Part shown: positions 30,965 through 41,233 of the stretch, one piece after another
Layout: each line of letters begins with the position of its first letter
Position numbering within the stretch: the stretch's first letter is position 1
Translations under genes and position numbers: made by a program
The notes under the pieces: generated by a model
Database searches by the model: none
What the model was told of the DNA's origin: nothing
What the model saw: only the letters and a program-made list of their open reading frames with translations
NCBI GenBank assembly: GCA_046582655.1
Contig: JAYGDX010000208.1
Coordinates: forward strand, 1-64,000
DNA from: Candidatus Poribacteria bacterium
GTDB lineage: Bacteria > Poribacteria > WGA-4E > UBA9662
Direction of reading: 5' to 3'
DNA: 64,000 nucleotides

Positions 30965-33900
30965 GTGTTTTCTAGAGCAAAAATACTATCCCTCATTTTT
31001 CTTGTACTCGCATTCTTTCCGTTTGCATCAATTGCACAAAATAACACCTTTATTTTTGCAGTTACTGGCGAAGTAAAACAACCTGATGGGACTCCTGCGG
31101 CAAAAGGGTTAACCGTTGCTGTTACAAATGCAACTAGAAACCTGACCCGCACCACAACATTGGGAAAACGTATCGAAGGTGAATATATTGTTCACTTCCT
31201 CAGCACAACAGGGACTCCTGTCGCCAAGACCGGCGATTTACTAAAGATACGAATCACAAATCCTGATGGTGGTCTGCCTGATGGTGGTCTGATTGTTGAA
31301 GGAAGTCATAAAATTGTAAGTGCTGAAATACAGGTTTTGAGTGCCATAGTTAATCTGCAAATTAAGCTTCAAGGTGTATCATTGTCGCGAGCACTTTCGA
31401 AAGTTGAGCTTGTTCCCCTCAAGTCAGTTGTCGCTGATGGTAAAACAACTGCAGAAATATATGTGACTTTGAAAGATATTCGAAATATTCCAGTGGCAGG
31501 ACAACGCTTTCTGGTGACTGCAACTGGATCAGATAATATAATTTCTCCAACTTCTCCTACCAATGTAAGTGGTGAAGCTGTTGCAGAGATTAGCTCGATA
31601 AAAGCAGAAAAAAAAATCGTTACGGTCACCATTGGCGACATTGCTTTGGTGCCAATCACTATCCAATTTGCCGCTGGAGATCCGCATCCTGAGAAATCGA
31701 TGGTTCGCGTTAACGAAGTCCAAGTACCTGCTGACAATAAATCTGTGGCTAACATTGAGGTTCAGCTAATAGATCTATATGAAAATCCAGTTACTGGCAG
31801 AACTATCGAAGTTATAAGTACTGGAACTGATAATACAATTACGATGGATGAACAAACAAATATTAATGGACGTGTCAAAGGAACGATCACCAGTAAAAAA
31901 GCGGAAATCAAAATTCTGACTATCAGAGATGCCCACAGTGGCATTTCCCTGACAGAAAAACCTCATATTGATTTCATCGCTGGAAAGCTGAGCCAAAGCC
32001 AATCGTTAATTACTGCCTCATCACCGATCGTTGCTGATGGAAAAGCTAAAAGCTTGGTGACGATTACTCTTATGGATCAATTCGTTAATCCAATCAGTGA
32101 TGAAGAAGCAAAGATAAACGTCAGTGGGTCAAATAATGAAGTAATGCAATCTACAGCCTTGACTGATTCATATGGTAAAACGGTAGCGCAGATTACATCA
32201 ACTAAAGCCGAAACCAAATACATTACTGCAGATGTGCGAGGTGTTCCTCTCGTAGCTACGGCAAAAGTGGAGTTCTTACCAACATTTTTAGATACTACAA
32301 CTGTGACATTAGATCCGGACACTTTGCCTGCAGATGGCGTATCAACTTCAGTGGTAGTGGTAAGCGTTATTGATACTTTTGGCAATCGTATTGATTCCCA
32401 CAAACCCACTCTAAAAGTCACAGACGGCACAGTCAGCGAAGCCCAATTCCAACCGGATGAAGGAGTGTGGCTAGCCATGTATACAGCAGGTAGAGTGCCC
32501 GGCTCCAATGTGGTAAGCGCCTTGATTGATAACGTGGTTCAGACTAGTATGACTATTACTCTGACTAAGCCTGATCAAACAAGCCAGCGAATTAATTCTA
32601 CATCGACCTTACCTGCATCTGGGGTTACTAATGACGTTATAGTTTTTCAACTGGTTGGAACAAGCGGTGGTAAGGCAACTGTTTCGATCAATGGAATTGA
32701 AGGCGTGAGCGATCTCCCGATGGCTGAAAGCACAACTTCACCCGGCATATACACTATACCATACACAATCAAGGAAGGAGACCAAGTTTCGAATGTGCCT
32801 GTCATTTTTAGGCTCAATACAGCGATAGATCAATCTAAGATTGTCTATATCAATGCAAGTGGGGTCTCGGTCAAAATCGAGTTTTTGGGTGAAAAAACCG
32901 CACGGCTTGGGATTGTAAAGAAAATTCGGGGTAAGCTTATCCCAGAGATTCCTGATCAGTTGCTACAATTTGCAATTAATAAACCAGATGGCAGTGATAC
33001 CTCTATTAAGGATGTCAAAACAGATAGATCAGGGCAATTTTCATTCAACTTGGCATTTGATCTGTCAGGTGGTTGGTTCATTAACGCTAATTATGGTGGA
33101 AATGCCATCTACCTGCCAGCGTCAGGATCTGCTGTATATGTTTCCATTATGAATGTTGGTAAGGCAATTATTGTTCTTGGTGGTAATCCGCAGACCAATC
33201 CGATTTGGGATGCCTTCAGAATAAACGCGGAATTTGTCCATCACACTTTTATTACTCGCGGGCTTGACCCTGATAATGACATTAAATTTTTCTCTTCGGA
33301 TCCAAATCGCACGGCTAACGCTGATGATTTCTCTACGCTTGCTAATCTTGAGGAGGCAATCGATATCTGGGCCAAACCACAATTGGGTTTACAGTCACCT
33401 CTTTTTCTTTACCTCATCTCTTCAAACCTTGGTCCTGATTTCCTGGTAAATGATAAAAACATCTTAACACCTGATCTCCTTGATAATTGGTTGGATGTAG
33501 TCCCAGATGGAACGCCGATATTCATCGTGGTTGAAGCAAGTTATAGTGGTAATTTTATCACTCAGTCACGTGATGGTATGTCTGTACTCTCAACTCCAAA
33601 CCGCACAATCGTAACCAGCGCACACAGTAGCCGACAAAACCGGATTATGGTAAATGGTTACTCTTTTTCGCGCCTTTTCTTTAATCAGATTCGAGCAAAT
33701 AAAGCTATTGGTGAGGCCTTTATCACCGCCCGTAGCATCATGCAATCCACACCAGTTTACCAACTACAGTATCCCCAGATTGATAGCAACAGCAATGGTT
33801 TGGCCAATGAAGCACGAGACCTAACCGTCGCATCCTCGCTATATATCCCTGTGCCTATAGAAGTCAAATCTACGGCCCCTATTCTGGTAGAGATGATATC

Positions 33901-35287
33901 GAAAAATCGCACTTTACCACCTGATACCAGATTACTAACCGTCGAAGTAGTGGCATCAAATCCTGATACTATTGAGGTGAGAGCAACTATCATTCCTCCT
34001 TCATTTGACCCTAACGAGAAAATTGATCAATGGTCAGATTTGAAGTTTGATCAAATCTCGCTGGTAACAGGCGGCAGCGAAGTATATAGTGGCATCTACG
34101 ATAATCTTTCTGATCCGGGTGATTACATTATTTATGCCCATGCCGTACGAACTGACGGGGTTGTTTTTTATGCTGATTCACCTATTAAGATTAGGCTGAA
34201 AGCAGCTATAGATCCCTCCAAACCAACTGTTTTGTTAGATAGATGCTACACTACCAGCCAAGCCTGCGATCAGCCAGTCGAAGTTGGAAGTGTCTTTGAA
34301 TTAGTGATGCGGGTTGAAAATATTGCAGGGCTTCAAGGTTTTGGCACCACAGTCCAGTATAATCCAAGTCAGGTTGATGCAATTTCCGTTTCCGAAGGTG
34401 AATTCCTAAAGCGCGGAGGTACAGATACACGACCTGCCCAGTTAATTATTGATGAAGTGAATGATAATATTAAAATTACAATTTATCGACTCGGCGAAAA
34501 TGGTATGAGTGGTGACGGGATATTGGCCAACATTAAGTTCCGCACCAAAGATGTAGATGCGGCAGAAATTACCTTTGAGAAAGCGGATTTTTCTGATGTT
34601 AATGCAAATTCCATCTCTGTTAATTTGGTTGATGCTTTGATCCCAATTAAGGGTTTCTTGCCACCATGGGATATTAATCAGGATGGTACTATTAACATCT
34701 TCGATTTGGTCCTGGCTGGCAACCAAATGGGTCAAAAGGGAAAAGGGTTGACGGGGGATGTAAATCAAGACAATCAAGTTGATATTTTCGATATTGTTTT
34801 AATTGGTAACCACTTGGGAGAAGACAGTATGCTTTCCTCACCTGAGATTATCCACTCGCTACCAATTACTTCACTGCCTATTCTTAGGGAAATACAGTCT
34901 GAACTTCGGCTTAAATTGGCACTGTCCGAATCGGATCGTGGTTTTCTTACAACACAGAATATAGTCGACTATCTCATTGCTTCCCTTGAAAATCAGAATC
35001 CAAATACAGTGCTTTACCAGAATTATCCGAATCCTTTCAATCCGGAAACTTGGATACCATTTGAGATAGCAGAAAATTACCTGGTATTAATACAGATCTA
35101 CAACGCAAACGGAAATTTTATTCGTCAGCTCAATCTAGGTTTTTGTTCAAAAGGAATCTATACGAGTAAAGGCAGGGCGGCATATTGGGATGGCTGTAAC
35201 CAGCATGGCGAAAGAGTATCGAGTGGCATGTACTTCTACTTGCTTAATAATTCGGATCAGCTTCGGAAAATGATAATCTTGAAATAG
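30965..35287 (+). CDS. Giant secreted protein: invasin-type Ig (Big_1) repeats, degenerate clan CD (C13/caspase-like) domain, cohesin, dockerin, NYPNPFNP C-terminal domain
   Basis: Signal peptide; four ADG/ADN-x-VTLxD Ig repeats; paired DINQDGTINIFD and DVNQDNQVDIFD loops; LYQNYPNPFNPETWIP...YWDG...SGMYFY tail. Confidence 0.85.
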   Translation: MFSRAKILSLIFLVLAFFPFASIAQNNTFIFAVTGEVKQPDGTPAAKGLTVAVTNATRNLTRTTTLGKRIEGEYIVHFLSTTGTPVAKTGDLLKIRITNPDGGLPDGGLIVEGSHKIVSAEIQVLSAIVNLQIKLQGVSLSRALSKVELVPLKSVVADGKTTAEIYVTLKDIRNIPVAGQRFLVTATGSDNIISPTSPTNVSGEAVAEISSIKAEKKIVTVTIGDIALVPITIQFAAGDPHPEKSMVRVNEVQVPADNKSVANIEVQLIDLYENPVTGRTIEVISTGTDNTITMDEQTNINGRVKGTITSKKAEIKILTIRDAHSGISLTEKPHIDFIAGKLSQSQSLITASSPIVADGKAKSLVTITLMDQFVNPISDEEAKINVSGSNNEVMQSTALTDSYGKTVAQITSTKAETKYITADVRGVPLVATAKVEFLPTFLDTTTVTLDPDTLPADGVSTSVVVVSVIDTFGNRIDSHKPTLKVTDGTVSEAQFQPDEGVWLAMYTAGRVPGSNVVSALIDNVVQTSMTITLTKPDQTSQRINSTSTLPASGVTNDVIVFQLVGTSGGKATVSINGIEGVSDLPMAESTTSPGIYTIPYTIKEGDQVSNVPVIFRLNTAIDQSKIVYINASGVSVKIEFLGEKTARLGIVKKIRGKLIPEIPDQLLQFAINKPDGSDTSIKDVKTDRSGQFSFNLAFDLSGGWFINANYGGNAIYLPASGSAVYVSIMNVGKAIIVLGGNPQTNPIWDAFRINAEFVHHTFITRGLDPDNDIKFFSSDPNRTANADDFSTLANLEEAIDIWAKPQLGLQSPLFLYLISSNLGPDFLVNDKNILTPDLLDNWLDVVPDGTPIFIVVEASYSGNFITQSRDGMSVLSTPNRTIVTSAHSSRQNRIMVNGYSFSRLFFNQIRANKAIGEAFITARSIMQSTPVYQLQYPQIDSNSNGLANEARDLTVASSLYIPVPIEVKSTAPILVEMISKNRTLPPDTRLLTVEVVASNPDTIEVRATIIPPSFDPNEKIDQWSDLKFDQISLVTGGSEVYSGIYDNLSDPGDYIIYAHAVRTDGVVFYADSPIKIRLKAAIDPSKPTVLLDRCYTTSQACDQPVEVGSVFELVMRVENIAGLQGFGTTVQYNPSQVDAISVSEGEFLKRGGTDTRPAQLIIDEVNDNIKITIYRLGENGMSGDGILANIKFRTKDVDAAEITFEKADFSDVNANSISVNLVDALIPIKGFLPPWDINQDGTINIFDLVLAGNQMGQKGKGLTGDVNQDNQVDIFDIVLIGNHLGEDSMLSSPEIIHSLPITSLPILREIQSELRLKLALSESDRGFLTTQNIVDYLIASLENQNPNTVLYQNYPNPFNPETWIPFEIAENYLVLIQIYNANGNFIRQLNLGFCSKGIYTSKGRAAYWDGCNQHGERVSSGMYFYLLNNSDQLRKMIILK

Positions 35288-35304
35288 ATCTATTCAAATT
35301 TGAA

Positions 35305-35334
35305 TATGCGTGTTGCTGCGCGCATAATTTTTTT
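35305..35334 (+). terminator. Intrinsic terminator
   Basis: tatgcgtg-ttgctg-cgcgcata stem followed by a T-tract, just after stop 35287. Confidence 0.55.
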
Positions 35335-35412
35335 GCTTTCATTTTAACATTTGTGAAGTTTTCTTTCACAAATGTTAACGGCGCCCAAAATCATAACCGC
35401 TAGCAATATTAT

Positions 35413-38400
35413 ATGACAAGTTATGTTATAAATCGAGCTCTTTTTTCAGATTATTATCTGGATTTTGTTGTTCCAGATCTATTTGATCAAAGAAACTCCC
35501 TTGAAATTGAATTCGTATTCAACGAAATTCGACGGCTGTATAAAAAGATTCGATTGATCAAGTCAAATCTCCTTGAGGCACAAACTGAAGGGAATTTTAT
35601 CCGTCCGGTGCTAGAATTGCTTGGACACCATTTTGCAGTTCAACCAACGCTTCGAACATCCCAAGGAGTAAAGAGACCCGATTATGTGTTTTTTCCCAAC
35701 TCGGATGCGTTTGAATTTTCCCAACCCCGCATAAACACAAAATCTTTTTTTAAAACAGCAGTTGCTATTGGTGACGCAAAGGCATGGTCAAGAGATCTCG
35801 ACCGCAAGTACAAGAGCAGTTCAGACGCTTTCACCAATATGAATCCAAGTTTCCAAATTGATTTCTATCTACGTGAAACCGATAGAGTTTGGGGAATTCT
35901 GACCAATGGGCGCCAATGGCGACTTTACCACCGAAATACCAGTTATCGGTTGGATCAATTCTACCAATTCAATTTGGAAGATATACTGGAGTCAGACAAA
36001 TATGACCTCGATTCATTCTGCTATTTCTATTACTTTTTCCGGCGCGAAGCCCTTGTTATCAATCATAATGGGAAATCTTTCCTTGATCAGATATATGAAG
36101 AAAGCAAAGAACACACAGTAGGGGTTTCCGAGGACCTTGAGATTCGTGTCTATAAGGCGTTAAAGATCTTGATGCAAGGTTTCCTAGACTTCTCACGAAA
36201 CCGACTTGAAGCCTCACCAGAATTAGTCCAACAAGTGCACGAAAATAGCTTAATCCTGTTATACCGGATCCTGTTTGTCCTTCATTCAGAAGTCCGGAAC
36301 CTCCTGCCAATTGATAACCCTCATTATGCCAATGATCATAGTTTGTCCAAACTGGCGGCGGATGCGCATCAACGTATTGAGGAACAACGGTATATTTTGC
36401 CAACAATGAATGACTACTGGTCACGTCTGCGAGGATTGTTCCAACTAATTAATGATGGCTGGGAAGAATTTATTCCCCAGTATAATGGTGGCTTGTTTTG
36501 TCCAAAACGTTATCCTTTTCTGGAAACATATGAAATTGGAAATCAAGCATTGACTAAGGCTTTGGATCTTGTAACTTACACTAAAGATGGCGAACGAATT
36601 GCCTACCGGGATCTAGATGCTCGCCATTTGTGGAACGTTTATCAAAGCCTACTTGACCTAAAACCTTCCTTTGAAGATAGCACCATTGATTTCATCCAAC
36701 CAAAGGCCAAAAAGCGTAGCGCCAAAAATGGTCAGACCCCTGACTATATTAGTCGATATATTGTTGAACAGACTCTCGAACCGTTGTGTAAAGAAAAGGA
36801 TGTTGAGGATATCTTGCAGCTTAAAGTCCTTGATCCAGCTGTTGGTAGTGGGTACTTCTTAATCGAGGTCGTTGATTTCTTGGCCGAGGAGATTGTCAAA
36901 CGTGTGGACACACCATTACCTTCTGACGTTGATTCAGAAATCAGTTACTGGCGCCGGCGCGTTGTGGAATCTTGTGTTTACGGTGTCAGTCTTGATCCCG
37001 CTGCAGTTGAGTTGGCTAAACTTTCTCTCTGGTTACATACAGTGGCAAAAAACGAGCCACTTTCGTTTCTAGATCACCATGTTCGTTGTGGGAACTCCTT
37101 ACTTGGTGCTGAAATAGTAGATTTGGCCAATCCTCCAGTTGTTGAAGATAGGCGAAGAAAAATTACATCGAGTAGTGCGCTTCAAGTCGAGCTGAATCTT
37201 TCCTTCGATTTCACGGATACCGCTGCGCGTGCGATTCAAAATTATTTGGAAATCGAGGAAACAGAGAGTAGCCACGCAATTCACATAGACCTAAAAGAAC
37301 AGAGGCTTGACAGCGCCAAAGTTATGCTTCACCCCTACAAAGAAATCGCCAATCTATGGTTGAGTTGTTATTTTGGAAACGAAGTTACCAGATCTGATTA
37401 TCATTTAGTCCTCGACATGTTACAAACCAATGGATTAGAAAAAATCAAGTCCATACCCTGCTTTGCAGTAGCTCAGGAGATTGCAGAGAAAAGCTGTTTC
37501 TTTCATTGGGAGATAGAGTTTCCTGAAGTCTTCCGCGATAGATCTGGGCGGCTAAAGGAAAATGGCGGTTTTTCAGCAGTGGTGGGAAATCCTCCCTGCC
37601 TCAGACAAGAAGAAATTGGTGAGGAGAAAAAATACTTAGCGACTTATAAAACGTATAACGGTGTGGCAGATCTGTATGTGTATTTCATAGAAAAATCACA
37701 TTATCTGTTAAAGAATCGTGGGCGTTTTGGCATGGTAACCTCCAATAAGTTTATTCGCTCAAAGTACGGAAGAAATTTACGGAGATACCTTGAAACTGAT
37801 GTACAACTCTGTCAAATCATTGATTTTGGGGACTTACCTGTTTTTGAAAATACTGCGTTGATGGCTTCTATTATTTTGACAGAAAATGTGCCGTCGAAGG
37901 AAAATTTTCTGCCTCAGTATACGGAGATTGAGAGTCTTGAATTTGATTCCTTTGATACAGAGGTAAATCGCGTCTCTCGTCTTCTGGATAGCAACGCCCT
38001 GCAAGACGGAAACTGGATAGCATCACGTGTTAACGACATAGATTTTGATATTCAAGCTCGTACACTTCCACTAGGCGATTACTGTCAGGCCAAGATTCGG
38101 CGTGGCGTTATGACAGGACTAAATCAGGCATTTGTGATCAATGCCGAAACACGAAAAAAACTTATCGCTCAAGATGGGAATTCTGTTGATATACTGAAAC
38201 CACTTGTGGCAGGAAATAATATTCGGGAATATTATGTTAAATTTGAAGATTATTATTTAATCTGGGCGGTAAACGGCGTGGATATTCAGAGATATCCAGC
38301 AGTTTTTGAGCATCTCAATCGTTTCAAGGATTCGCTGGAGAACAGACGAGATAAGGGAGATCATTGGTGGGAAATAAGAAGTTGCCGTTACGCGGTAGAG

Positions 38401-39168
38401 TTTGAGATGTCAAAGATCATGTTCCCTGACTTGGGAGCAAATTGTCGATTCTGTCTGGATAAAAGTGGACTCTTTCTAATCAACAACGCCTATTTTATTG
38501 CTGAAGACGATTATTATTTGCTAGCCCTATTAAATTCTCAATTTGCTTGGGAGTATTTGAAACGAATTTGTACTAGGTTTAGGGGTAAGACTTTGCGGTT
38601 CAGCAAACAGTATTTAGAGAAGGTGCCAATTTGCGTCATAGATTTCACGATGTCGACAAAGGAACGGAGACTTTTACTTGAAAAGGCAAAATGGCTTTAT
38701 AATAGGTGCTTGGAAAAGAATGATATTGCTTGTTTGCTTGGATTTGTAGATTATCATATTTCAGAAAAACAAGCGGATATAGTCTATGACCTTTTATCAT
38801 TCCTTGCTAAAAAAATGAGCGCTGATAATTTAGCTTTATACCAGGAAAAATCTGGATTCCTCAAATGGTTGGAACGCAAGATCGGTTTTTCGGTTGATGA
38901 ACTTAAAAACAAAAGAATTATCGAAAACTATCAGCATATCAGCTTATCAGAGGTAATTTCAGTTCTCAAAAAAAATCAGAAGATGATCCCAATAGAAGTG
39001 TCAAGTCGCAATTTTCAGGAATCGGTTGAGACCGAATTCTGTATCAGTTGTGAAAGGTTACATCCCCTTTCACTCCGAGTTGTAAAAACAGATCAGCTGA
39101 TCAATGAAATCGTTTTTAAGCTTTACGGCTTGACAAGTGGTCAGTTTGAAAAATCTAAAACAAAGTAG
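35413..39168 (+). CDS. Type IIG (Eco57I-like) restriction-modification fusion protein with degenerate MTase motifs
   Basis: RPDY...GDAK nuclease motif, WGILTNGRQWRLY, DPAVGSGYFL, FFHWEIEFPEVF, GNPPC, TaqI-C-like target-recognition region. Confidence 0.88.
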   Translation: MTSYVINRALFSDYYLDFVVPDLFDQRNSLEIEFVFNEIRRLYKKIRLIKSNLLEAQTEGNFIRPVLELLGHHFAVQPTLRTSQGVKRPDYVFFPNSDAFEFSQPRINTKSFFKTAVAIGDAKAWSRDLDRKYKSSSDAFTNMNPSFQIDFYLRETDRVWGILTNGRQWRLYHRNTSYRLDQFYQFNLEDILESDKYDLDSFCYFYYFFRREALVINHNGKSFLDQIYEESKEHTVGVSEDLEIRVYKALKILMQGFLDFSRNRLEASPELVQQVHENSLILLYRILFVLHSEVRNLLPIDNPHYANDHSLSKLAADAHQRIEEQRYILPTMNDYWSRLRGLFQLINDGWEEFIPQYNGGLFCPKRYPFLETYEIGNQALTKALDLVTYTKDGERIAYRDLDARHLWNVYQSLLDLKPSFEDSTIDFIQPKAKKRSAKNGQTPDYISRYIVEQTLEPLCKEKDVEDILQLKVLDPAVGSGYFLIEVVDFLAEEIVKRVDTPLPSDVDSEISYWRRRVVESCVYGVSLDPAAVELAKLSLWLHTVAKNEPLSFLDHHVRCGNSLLGAEIVDLANPPVVEDRRRKITSSSALQVELNLSFDFTDTAARAIQNYLEIEETESSHAIHIDLKEQRLDSAKVMLHPYKEIANLWLSCYFGNEVTRSDYHLVLDMLQTNGLEKIKSIPCFAVAQEIAEKSCFFHWEIEFPEVFRDRSGRLKENGGFSAVVGNPPCLRQEEIGEEKKYLATYKTYNGVADLYVYFIEKSHYLLKNRGRFGMVTSNKFIRSKYGRNLRRYLETDVQLCQIIDFGDLPVFENTALMASIILTENVPSKENFLPQYTEIESLEFDSFDTEVNRVSRLLDSNALQDGNWIASRVNDIDFDIQARTLPLGDYCQAKIRRGVMTGLNQAFVINAETRKKLIAQDGNSVDILKPLVAGNNIREYYVKFEDYYLIWAVNGVDIQRYPAVFEHLNRFKDSLENRRDKGDHWWEIRSCRYAVEFEMSKIMFPDLGANCRFCLDKSGLFLINNAYFIAEDDYYLLALLNSQFAWEYLKRICTRFRGKTLRFSKQYLEKVPICVIDFTMSTKERRLLLEKAKWLYNRCLEKNDIACLLGFVDYHISEKQADIVYDLLSFLAKKMSADNLALYQEKSGFLKWLERKIGFSVDELKNKRIIENYQHISLSEVISVLKKNQKMIPIEVSSRNFQESVETEFCISCERLHPLSLRVVKTDQLINEIVFKLYGLTSGQFEKSKTK

Positions 39169-40003
39169 TTGCCAACTTCAAGGTATTTTCAAGCAAGATG
39201 GCACGCGTCATCGGTCCGACTCCCCCAGGTACCGGTGTGATAAAACCAGCGACTTTGGATACTGTCTCGAAATCGATGTCTCCGATCAGGGCGTTATCAA
39301 CACGGTTAATGCCCACATCGATGACAATGGCTTCTGGTTTTACCATCTTCTCAGTAATGAACTTTGGCTCTCCTACCGCGACGACAAGAATATCAGCTTT
39401 GCGGGTCTCTGAACCAAGATTTGCCGTTCGGGAATGACAGAATGTGACAGTTGCGTTTCGGTTCAGTAGAAGCAAACCAATTGGTTTGCCTACAAGTCTG
39501 CTGCGTCCAACACAAACGACGCGCTTTCCTTCAGTTTCCACTTCTGTTTTTTCAATCAAGCGCAGAATCCCTCCTGGTGTGCAAGGCAATACACGTTCTT
39601 GTCCAATCAGCAAGTTACCCAGGTTTATCGTTCCCAACCCATCCGCGTCTTTTTGGGGCAAAATTGAATCAATTACTATTTGTTCATCAATATGATTAGG
39701 CATTGGCATCTGCACCAAAATACCATGAATTTGGCTTGATTGGTTTAATTGTTTAACGAGATCAATGACCTGTTTCTGTGAGGTATTTGATGGCAATCGG
39801 ATTACTTCAGAATGGAACCCAACATGCTCGCAATCCTTCTGTTTATGGTTGACATAAATCGTTGAAGCGGGATCGGTTCCAATCTGTATAACAGCCAATC
39901 CGGGTCTGAAATCAAGTTTTTTCACTTGGCAGCGTATATGATTTCGAATCGATTTTGCGATTTGCTTGCCGTCAATAATCTGTGATGACATATTATCTTT
40001 CAC
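39155..40003 (-). CDS. folD: Methylenetetrahydrofolate dehydrogenase/cyclohydrolase
   Basis: IIDGK, YVNHK, GILVQMP, KDADG, PCTP, DVGINR, ITPVPGGVGPMT. Confidence 0.97.
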   Translation of the reverse strand: MKDNMSSQIIDGKQIAKSIRNHIRCQVKKLDFRPGLAVIQIGTDPASTIYVNHKQKDCEHVGFHSEVIRLPSNTSQKQVIDLVKQLNQSSQIHGILVQMPMPNHIDEQIVIDSILPQKDADGLGTINLGNLLIGQERVLPCTPGGILRLIEKTEVETEGKRVVCVGRSRLVGKPIGLLLLNRNATVTFCHSRTANLGSETRKADILVVAVGEPKFITEKMVKPEAIVIDVGINRVDNALIGDIDFETVSKVAGFITPVPGGVGPMTRAILLENTLKLATTLF

Positions 40004-40076
40004 TACAAGTTTTTGCCTGATTTTCTATCTTTAAATTCTGTGTTTCAATCTGCAATAGGCAAGAACTTGTCTAACT

Positions 40077-40988
40077 TTACCTAACTACGCTAACAAAAAT
40101 ATCTTCCAAAGATCGTTCTACCAAACCAAGATGGCGAATCTGAACATCTGTTTCGACCGCTAATTGAAAGAATAGATTCTGACTGATTGGGATTGTGTCT
40201 TGAGAGGTAACACGAATTTCCACACCAGATCGCACCTCTACTTCACAGTTATTTTCTCTCAAGGCAAAAATAAAAGCTCTTTGATTGCCTTTAATCTTTA
40301 GCTCATAACTGAGTCGATGTTCCAATTTCAATTGCTTCATGTTCCCTTCAAGAACAACTTGACCTTGATCCAAAGCAATTACGTCTTTACATACATATTC
40401 AACATCATCCAGAATATGCGAGGATAAAATGACGTCTATTTCTTTATAAGTTGAAATCTCACGGATCAGTTCAAGCATCTCTTGACGACCAATTGGATCC
40501 ATACCATTAGTCGGTTCATCAAGCAACAAAACCATTGGATCATGAATCAGTGCTTGTGCGAGTTTGACTCGCTGTTTCATACCTATTGAGTATGTTTCAA
40601 CTTTTCGATATCGTGCTTCACCGAGATTGACGTATTGCAGTACTTCATGTGCCCGTTGTATGGCATCAGCTTTGGGCATACCTGCTAATTCCCCCATATA
40701 GACGATAAAATTGAGACCGTTCATATCAGGAATATAGCAATCGTTTTCAGGCATGTAACCAATCTGCTGCCGGATTTTAATTGGGTTTTTATGGACAGGT
40801 AAATCAAAGATTCTGACAGAACCACTGCTAGGGATTAAAAAGCCAAGAAGTGTTTTAATTAATGTGCTTTTTCCCGCACCATTTGGACCCAGCAGTCCGG
40901 TGGATTTACTATCAATAGACAAATTGATGTTGTTCAGAGCTCGCGATTTGCCGTAAAAGACGGAGAGATTCTCAATTTGAACAAGCAC
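40077..40988 (-). CDS. ABC-2 type transporter ATP-binding protein
   Basis: GPNGAGKS, YSIGMKQR, LDEPTNGMDP, SSH; no adjacent permease. Confidence 0.92.
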   Translation of the reverse strand: MLVQIENLSVFYGKSRALNNINLSIDSKSTGLLGPNGAGKSTLIKTLLGFLIPSSGSVRIFDLPVHKNPIKIRQQIGYMPENDCYIPDMNGLNFIVYMGELAGMPKADAIQRAHEVLQYVNLGEARYRKVETYSIGMKQRVKLAQALIHDPMVLLLDEPTNGMDPIGRQEMLELIREISTYKEIDVILSSHILDDVEYVCKDVIALDQGQVVLEGNMKQLKLEHRLSYELKIKGNQRAFIFALRENNCEVEVRSGVEIRVTSQDTIPISQNLFFQLAVETDVQIRHLGLVERSLEDIFVSVVR

Positions 40989-41166
40989 GATTCATGCTCA
41001 CAACAAACATTAAAAAGCCACCAAAACCAGAAATCCAAAGAGATTTTCTGCTTTTATCATAACCGTTGAGATTAAATCTTGAGTGAGGTTCATGTAGGAA
41101 AGCTATCATCAACATCGAAAGCAATATAGCACAATAACGAAATAAATTCAAAACTATTATCTTTAA

Positions 41167-41195
41167 TTGTGTTACGATTTCAAACTGTGTATAAT
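41167..41195 (+). promoter_or_regulatory. Sigma70-type promoter of purD
   Basis: TTGTGT-N17-TATAAT upstream of RBS GGAG and ATG 41234. Confidence 0.55.
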
Positions 41196-41233
41196 CTGGA
41201 ATATCAGGTTCTCTCTAAAGTTGGAGAAAATGT

